Assembly: GCA_937903605.1 (NCBI GenBank)
Contig: CALCZC010000007.1
Location: 124,459-188,458 of the forward strand
Length of the DNA stretch: 64,000 nucleotides
DNA from: an uncultured bacterium
GTDB lineage: Bacteria > Patescibacteriota > Patescibacteriia > Magasanikbacterales > GWA2-37-8
Reading direction: 5' to 3'
Shown here: positions 58,732 to 64,000 of the stretch, piece after piece
Numbering within the stretch: the stretch's first letter is position 1
Layout: each line of letters opens with the position of its first letter
Translations under genes and position numbers: made by a program
The notes under the pieces: generated by a model
The model's database searches: none
Seen by the model: only the letters and a program-made list of their open reading frames with translations
What the model was told of the DNA's origin: nothing

Positions 58732-61221
58732 ATGGCTCAAGAAAAAATGAAATTAGTAAAAGGAGATATTGGCAAAATTACAGACGCTTCACTTTCGCAA
58801 GAAGTTAAACAAGCTTATTTGGAATATGCGATGAGCGTTATCGTGTCTCGCGCGCTACCGGATGTTCGTGACGGTCTCAAACCTGTTCACAGACGCATTC
58901 TTTATGCTATGTGGGATATCGGTCTGAAACATAATGCCAAATTCCGCAAATCCGCTCACGTGGTCGGTGAGGTGATGGCCAAATACCACCCTCACGGCGA
59001 TGCTGCAATTTATGATTCTATGGTGCGCATGGCCCAAGATTTTTCAATGCGCCATCAACTAGTCAATGGTCAGGGAAACTTCGGCTCTATGGACGGAGAC
59101 AGTGCGGCCGCTATGCGTTATACTGAAGCCAAGCTCCAAGCAATTGCCGAGGAAATGCTTACTGATATTGAAAAAAATACCGTTAATTTCAATCCTACTT
59201 ACGATGGCTCTCACAATGAGCCGGCTGTATTACCAACAAAGGTACCAAACCTCCTTTTAAACGGTACCATGGGTATTGCTGTCGGCATGGCGACTTCTAT
59301 CGCCCCTCATAATTTAGGTGAACTTTGCGACGGTATTACAAAATTGATTGAGGACCCAGAAACTTCTTTGGAAGATTTATGTGAAGTAGTCAAAGGTCCG
59401 GATTTTCCAACTGGCGGTATAATCTATAATAAAAAAGATATTTTTACCGCTCTAGCAACCGGCAAAGGCGGTGTGGTATTACGCGCCAAGGCTGATATTG
59501 AAGAACCAAAAGCCGGACATTTTCAAATTATTGTTACTGAAGTCCCCTATCAAATCAACAAAGCTACTCTTTTGGAAAAAATAGCAAATTTAGTTCAAGA
59601 AAAAAGAATTGAAGGCATCAAAGATTTACGTGATGAAAGTAATAAAGATGGTGTCCGTGTTGTTATTGAGCTCAAAAAAGATGCTTATCCCAAAAAAGTT
59701 CTCAATCAACTTTATAATCTCACGGAATTGCAGACCACATTTCACACCAACATGTTAGCATTGGTTGATGGTATTCAGCCTCGTGTTTTGAACCTCAAAA
59801 CTGTTTTGGAAGAATTTATTAAACACAGACAAGAAGTAATAAAAAGACGAACAGAATTTGATTTGGAAAAGGCCAAAGATCGCGCCCATATTTTAGAAGG
59901 TCTCAAAATGGCGCTGGATAAAATCGATCTTATCATCAAAACTATCAAGGCCAGTAAAGATAAGGAAGAGGCACGTAAAAATTTGATGGGCAAGTTTAAA
60001 TTTACTGAACGACAAACAGTGGCTATTTTGGAAATGAAATTACAACAATTAGCTAACCTGGAAGCGAAAAAAATTGAAGATGAACTTAAAGAAAAATTAA
60101 CTTTGATAAAAGAACTGGAAAGTATTCTGGCCTCTAAAACCAAAATTCTCAAAATCATCAAGGATGAAACTGTAGAGATAAAAGAAAAGTTTGCACAACC
60201 TCGTCGCACTCAAATAATTGCTCATGGCATCAAGGATTTCACTGTGGAAGATCTGATTCCCAACGAACCAACTATGATCCTTATTACTTCCGATGGTTAT
60301 ATCAAACGTATGCCGCCGGATACTTTCCGTCAACAAAGCCGAGGTGGCAAAGGTGTTATCGGCATGACCACCAAAGAAGAAGAGGCGGTGGAACAAATCC
60401 AATCAACCAATACCCATGATAATATTTTGTTTTTTACCAATCGCGGACGATGTTTCCAGCTGATGGCTTATGATATTCCGCAAGCTTCTCGCACCGCCAA
60501 AGGCCAAGCTTTGGTAAACTTCTTGCAATTAGCGCCAAATGAAAAAGTAACCGCCTTCCTTGCTATGTCAGATATGGAAAAAATAAAATATTTAGTCATG
60601 GTTACCACTAAAGGTGTTATCAAAAAAACTCCGCTGAATGATTTTGCCAATGTACGCAAAAGCGGTTTGATAGCTCTAAAAATCCGTCCTGAAGACAATC
60701 TGGAGTGGGTCAAACCAAGCACCGGCAAAGACGAAATCATGATCGCTACCAAAGAAGGACAATCTATCCGTTTTGAAGAAGAAGATGTCCGTTCTATGGG
60801 CAGAACAGCCTCGGGTGTCAAAGGCGTAAGATTACACGATAAAGATGAAGTTATTGGTATGGATATCGTCAACCCAGAAAGCAAAAACCTAAAATTTTTA
60901 ACCGTGGGTGAAAATGGTTTGGGCAAACTCACTCCGCTAAATGAATATAAAGTTCAAGGACGTGCCGGCAGCGGTATCAAAACCGCCAAAGTTACAGAGA
61001 AAACCGGCTATATCATTCACGCCAGTGTGATTGATCCGGAATTATCCGCTAATCAAGATATTATACTGATGTCCGCCAAAGGCCAAGTAATTCGCATGCC
61101 TTTCAAAACCATTCCAACCACCGGCCGAGCTACTCAAGGTGTTCGTCTGATGCGTTTCAAAGAAGAGGGTGATAAGGTTGTATCTGTCGCTATGGTATTA
61201 CAAGAAACAGAAAAGGAATAA
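58732..61221 (+). CDS. gyrA: DNA gyrase subunit A
   Basis: ...[29 protein letters not shown]... (active-site Tyr region) plus the C-terminal beta-pinwheel repeats. Confidence 0.95.
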   Translation: MAQEKMKLVKGDIGKITDASLSQEVKQAYLEYAMSVIVSRALPDVRDGLKPVHRRILYAMWDIGLKHNAKFRKSAHVVGEVMAKYHPHGDAAIYDSMVRMAQDFSMRHQLVNGQGNFGSMDGDSAAAMRYTEAKLQAIAEEMLTDIEKNTVNFNPTYDGSHNEPAVLPTKVPNLLLNGTMGIAVGMATSIAPHNLGELCDGITKLIEDPETSLEDLCEVVKGPDFPTGGIIYNKKDIFTALATGKGGVVLRAKADIEEPKAGHFQIIVTEVPYQINKATLLEKIANLVQEKRIEGIKDLRDESNKDGVRVVIELKKDAYPKKVLNQLYNLTELQTTFHTNMLALVDGIQPRVLNLKTVLEEFIKHRQEVIKRRTEFDLEKAKDRAHILEGLKMALDKIDLIIKTIKASKDKEEARKNLMGKFKFTERQTVAILEMKLQQLANLEAKKIEDELKEKLTLIKELESILASKTKILKIIKDETVEIKEKFAQPRRTQIIAHGIKDFTVEDLIPNEPTMILITSDGYIKRMPPDTFRQQSRGGKGVIGMTTKEEEAVEQIQSTNTHDNILFFTNRGRCFQLMAYDIPQASRTAKGQALVNFLQLAPNEKVTAFLAMSDMEKIKYLVMVTTKGVIKKTPLNDFANVRKSGLIALKIRPEDNLEWVKPSTGKDEIMIATKEGQSIRFEEEDVRSMGRTASGVKGVRLHDKDEVIGMDIVNPESKNLKFLTVGENGLGKLTPLNEYKVQGRAGSGIKTAKVTEKTGYIIHASVIDPELSANQDIILMSAKGQVIRMPFKTIPTTGRATQGVRLMRFKEEGDKVVSVAMVLQETEKE

Positions 61222-61235
61222 AAAATAAATAAAAA

Positions 61236-61267
61236 GAACACCCCTTAAATAAGGGTGTTCTTTTTTA
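61236..61267 (+). terminator. Rho-independent terminator after gyrA
   Basis: gaacaccccttaaataagggtgttc followed by a T-run. Confidence 0.8.
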
Positions 61268-61564
61268 TTATTATTCCTTACACAAGTGAAGAACCCCGTT
61301 TTTGATCCAACATCTTTTAACACACCCCTCAAATAAACAGACAAGCAATGCTATTTTTTGAGATGTTTAAAATATTTGGAACGAAATTCTTCGCTTTTGT
61401 ATGAAATAATAATTTTATCTAATCATTTTTGAGCAACTTATGATTATATCAGAATTCTATATTTTTGTCAATATTGTTATAATATTTTTTAAACACTTTT
61501 ATCTTTAATCTTAAAAATAAGGTCTAAATTAGCTAAAATAAACCAAATTATTGTCAAAAAAAAC

Positions 61565-61593
61565 TTGACAAAATTAATAAATTATGCTATATT
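61565..61593 (+). promoter_or_regulatory. Consensus-like sigma70 promoter (TTGACA-17-TATATT)
   Basis: ttgacaaaattaataaattatgctatatt. Confidence 0.55.
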
Positions 61594-61627
61594 AACCTTA
61601 TATTAAAAATTCTTAATCAAAGAATAT

Positions 61628-62389
61628 ATGCATGAAGATTTGCTTTTATCTTTAGGTTTAAATAAAAATGAGGCTGAAATTTATGAAATTTTACTTACTA
61701 GTGGAAAATCTATGGTTAAGGACGTTCTTAAAAAAACCAAGATTCAAAGAAGTAATGTGTATAACATTTTAAATACACTAAAGGATAAAGGGCTGATTCA
61801 AGAAACACAAAACCGACGCGGTTTATCGATGTATTTCTGTGAAAATCCGGAAAAACTAGAAATGCTAGTTTTAAAAGAACAAGAACGACTAGAAGAGACG
61901 GCGGAAAAATTAAAAAAACATTTGCGTGAATTAAAAAAAATATACATTGAAAAACAAGAAAGACCTGTGGTAAGCTATGTTCAGGGCTTTGAAGATTATA
62001 AAAAAATATATGAATTAGTCTTTGATTCTCCCGAAAAAGAATCTTTGGTTTTTAGTTCAACTTTTGGCAATACGATATTGGATAATTATCTTACTGAATA
62101 CGGAAAAAGAAAATCAGAGGCTGGAATTACAACAAAAATATTTTCTTCTAAAAAACCAATCCCCTCTCTTCTCAAAAGTGATGCTGAATTTAAAAGAATA
62201 CGCCGTTACATGGGAGAAGATCTCCCAGCTGAAATTTTAATTTACGGAAAAAATACCATGGCTTTTCTCTGTTATCAAAAAGAACCTTTTGGGGTGGTAA
62301 TTGAAAACGAAGAAATAGTTCAAACATTAACTAAACTATTTAATTTTGTCTGGAAAGCAACTCCTTCCCCCTATCAAGATAATAAGTAA
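61628..62389 (+). CDS. TrmB-family-like winged-HTH transcriptional regulator
   Basis: N-terminal LGLNKNEAEIYEILLTSGKSMVKDVLKKTKIQRSNVYNILNTLKDKGLI, with a coiled segment and a C-terminal domain. Confidence 0.55.
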   Translation: MHEDLLLSLGLNKNEAEIYEILLTSGKSMVKDVLKKTKIQRSNVYNILNTLKDKGLIQETQNRRGLSMYFCENPEKLEMLVLKEQERLEETAEKLKKHLRELKKIYIEKQERPVVSYVQGFEDYKKIYELVFDSPEKESLVFSSTFGNTILDNYLTEYGKRKSEAGITTKIFSSKKPIPSLLKSDAEFKRIRRYMGEDLPAEILIYGKNTMAFLCYQKEPFGVVIENEEIVQTLTKLFNFVWKATPSPYQDNK

Positions 62390-62403
62390 TAAATTATTAA
62401 AAT

Positions 62404-63057
62404 ATGCGTGAAAATTCTTCTACTCACTCTGAAATAAATATTAATAATCCGGATATCGCAAAAAATAAAGAGTCTATAAAACCGTTTTATTTTGATAAAA
62501 ATAAAAACAAAGTTTTTATTTCTGAAAAAACACGGGAACATTTATTAGCTCACCCCGATGTAATCCAATATCTCCAAGAAGCTATAGGAAAAGCTGATTT
62601 ATCTGAAATTGAAAAAATTTTTAAAATAGAAATAAATTTAGAAAAAAATATTGGGAAATCATATTGTATTCCCGCTGAACCTTTGAGGGGAAAGACCAAA
62701 GCTCTGTTTGCTAAAAGAAAAAATAGATTGGGGCCATCGCGAGTAGTTTATGGTCAAGGAGTAGATTGTAATAGCATAACCTTGTTAGGGGCCAGAAGTA
62801 TTTATGAACCTGATAATTTTGTTCTTTTTACCGCTTATATTGGCCATTTAGCGGACATGGAACCATGGGATATCAACATCAAAGATGGCGAAACGATGAA
62901 AAAAGCTTACGATTTTTGGCGTACTCATGCTCTAGTTTATGATTCAGATGACACAAGCACTTCTTTTATAGAAGAACCCCAAGAAAAAACTTGGGAACAG
63001 GTAATGCAAGAAATGCAACCGATTTATAAAAAACTTGATGAAGAAAGAAATAAATAA
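62404..63057 (+). CDS. Hypothetical protein (217 aa)
   Basis: An intact ORF with a terminator hairpin at 63064-63091. No recognisable motifs. Confidence 0.5.
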   Translation: MRENSSTHSEININNPDIAKNKESIKPFYFDKNKNKVFISEKTREHLLAHPDVIQYLQEAIGKADLSEIEKIFKIEINLEKNIGKSYCIPAEPLRGKTKALFAKRKNRLGPSRVVYGQGVDCNSITLLGARSIYEPDNFVLFTAYIGHLADMEPWDINIKDGETMKKAYDFWRTHALVYDSDDTSTSFIEEPQEKTWEQVMQEMQPIYKKLDEERNK

Positions 63058-63133
63058 AATAAAACACCTCGGAAAAACCGTGGTGTTTTTTAAAAAAACA
63101 AAAGGGGTCTTCGCAAAGAACCCCTAGGAACGG

Positions 63134-63196
63134 CTATGTAATCCGGACAGGCCTGCCGTTGAGATTGCCTGTCCGGTTTTTCATCACCTTTTTCAT
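63134..63196 (-). CDS. Speculative 20-aa ORF directly downstream of the GC-rich gene, with a perfect SD
   Basis: Minus strand reads aacaaggaggaaaaATGaaaaaggtgatgaaaaaccggacaggcaatctcaacggcaggcctgtccggattacatag, which gives MKKVMKNRTGNLNGRPVRIT. It overlaps a GC hairpin and is followed by a minus-strand terminator, ggggttctttgcgaagacccc then T-run. Confidence 0.25.
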   Translation of the reverse strand: MKKVMKNRTGNLNGRPVRIT

Positions 63197-63210
63197 TTTT
63201 CCTCCTTGTT

Positions 63211-63543
63211 TTATTTTTTTATCAGGTTGCCTATACTGTTCTTCAGGTGCTGCGGTTTGGGTTTAGCTACGGATTCAGATACCTTGTTCTCAATATGCAG
63301 GTTTTTGAAGAGTATGGGATAATTCGGGTTTTCATACTGCAGATTGCCCTTTTCTCCGTTTTCCTTCAGAAATGCAATCAGGAGTTCCAGGTTGTCCTCA
63401 TTCATAGTCGCCTTCCCTTCCACCTTGCGGTTGTCGGTTCTAACTTTTGCGTTCTGAGATCCCTCCAGCATCTCTGCCACCTGTCCTGCTGCCATGAAAC
63501 CCTTCATTCTCATAGAGATTCTTACTTCAAAACTCTTTGTCAT
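63211..63543 (-). CDS. Hypothetical protein (110 aa) in a GC-rich, compositionally foreign segment
   Basis: SD ataaggagcttatcATG. Codon usage (ctg, cag, aag, ggc) is unlike the rest of the window. A ~200-nt GC-rich structured leader lies upstream at 63544-63760. The plus-strand ORF 63247-63807 is antisense and spurious. Confidence 0.55.
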   Translation of the reverse strand: MTKSFEVRISMRMKGFMAAGQVAEMLEGSQNAKVRTDNRKVEGKATMNEDNLELLIAFLKENGEKGNLQYENPNYPILFKNLHIENKVSESVAKPKPQHLKNSIGNLIKK

Positions 63544-64000
63544 GATAAGCTCCTTATAAAAAATATTAATAAAACACGGAATATTTCTGATGATTTTTTA
63601 AAGAACAATTTTTTCGTTAGGGATGACCCTTTACTGGCGCTCGCTTTTGAATTGCGAACCGAGGTGTCATCCCTACCGAAGACTTGGTACGAATCCCCTT
63701 TACGGTCGCCTCAACTTCCGGTTGGGCCGAGGTGGTCTTCCCAAGTTTTTAATCGAAATTATTTTCGACATTCCTATTTCCTTGTAATCCAACTCACAAA
63801 GAAATAGAGTGTTGAAGATATTGTGAAACAAGCTTTATACGAATTACCAATTTATTTGTTTATTTTCTCTCTCCCTTGAAAACAAACTTTACTGCTGTTT
63901 TTAAGGAACAATGGAAAAGGTTGTAAAAACCATATATTATTTAATTAACTTTTTTAATTTACTTGTTTGGTCTTTTTTAACCAACAGCATAATGTAGCAT

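Noticed and set aside
63544-63760. Assigning the GC-rich leader to a named riboswitch, tmRNA or tRNA
   Set aside because: No class-specific conserved motifs were recognised by eye (no T-loop GGTTCGAATCC, no tmRNA 3' end), so it is left as an unclassified structured leader.
63247-63807. 186-aa plus-strand ORF
   Set aside because: It is antisense to the SD-preceded minus-strand gene and its leader. It arises because the region is GC-rich.

Overview
This is a low-GC, gene-dense bacterial window whose gene content and order look like a Candidate Phyla Radiation (Parcubacteria-like) genome. rplK is not followed by rplA, there are many small membrane-anchored proteins, and SD signals are weak except on some accessory genes. 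Housekeeping genes are recognisable from the translations: uvrB (5' partial), a SEDS RodA/FtsW protein, gyrB, secE-nusG-rplK, queA, mltG, rluD-like, gmk, rplS, uvrA, secG, an SBP family-5 solute-binding protein, RNase J, ftsH, an M16 peptidase, rpsA, thrS, miaA, a MiaB-like methylthiotransferase and gyrA. RNA genes not in the ORF track are tRNA-Leu(CAG), a tRNA with anticodon UAU flanked by two degenerate half-copies, and an RNase P RNA (rnpB) on the minus strand at about 24.9-25.4 kb. Surface and accessory content includes a Cys-rich secreted protein with its own DsbA-like oxidoreductase, and a polysaccharide locus (WbaP-like initiating transferase, three GT4 glycosyltransferases, a CCHC zinc-knuckle/DUF4012-like membrane protein and a 630-aa surface protein). 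A stand-alone PilB/GspE-like ATPase is flanked by membrane proteins. An accessory island at 36.7-47.4 kb lies between miaA and thrS, carries miaB, and is made of singly transcribed small genes, each with a textbook TTGACA-17-TATAAT promoter, a strong SD and a hairpin terminator. These include a tandem array of three divergent paralogs and two paralogous zinc-ribbon proteins, with a third zinc-ribbon copy embedded antisense in the polysaccharide locus. There is also a complete IS element (DDE/rve transposase, inverted repeats, target duplication) inserted 5 bp upstream of the rpsA promoter. Several interspersed repeat families are present: GTCAT...ATGAC MITE-like elements, a GC-rich 22-24 bp palindrome CCTGCCTRCCGGCAGGCAGG that also sits in-frame in a glycosyltransferase gene and in a tRNA fragment, AT-rich inverted-repeat arrays, and 'cccaat/ttggtcattgg' elements. 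A GC-rich, apparently foreign segment lies at 63.1-63.8 kb with a structured leader. No CRISPR array or rRNA is present.
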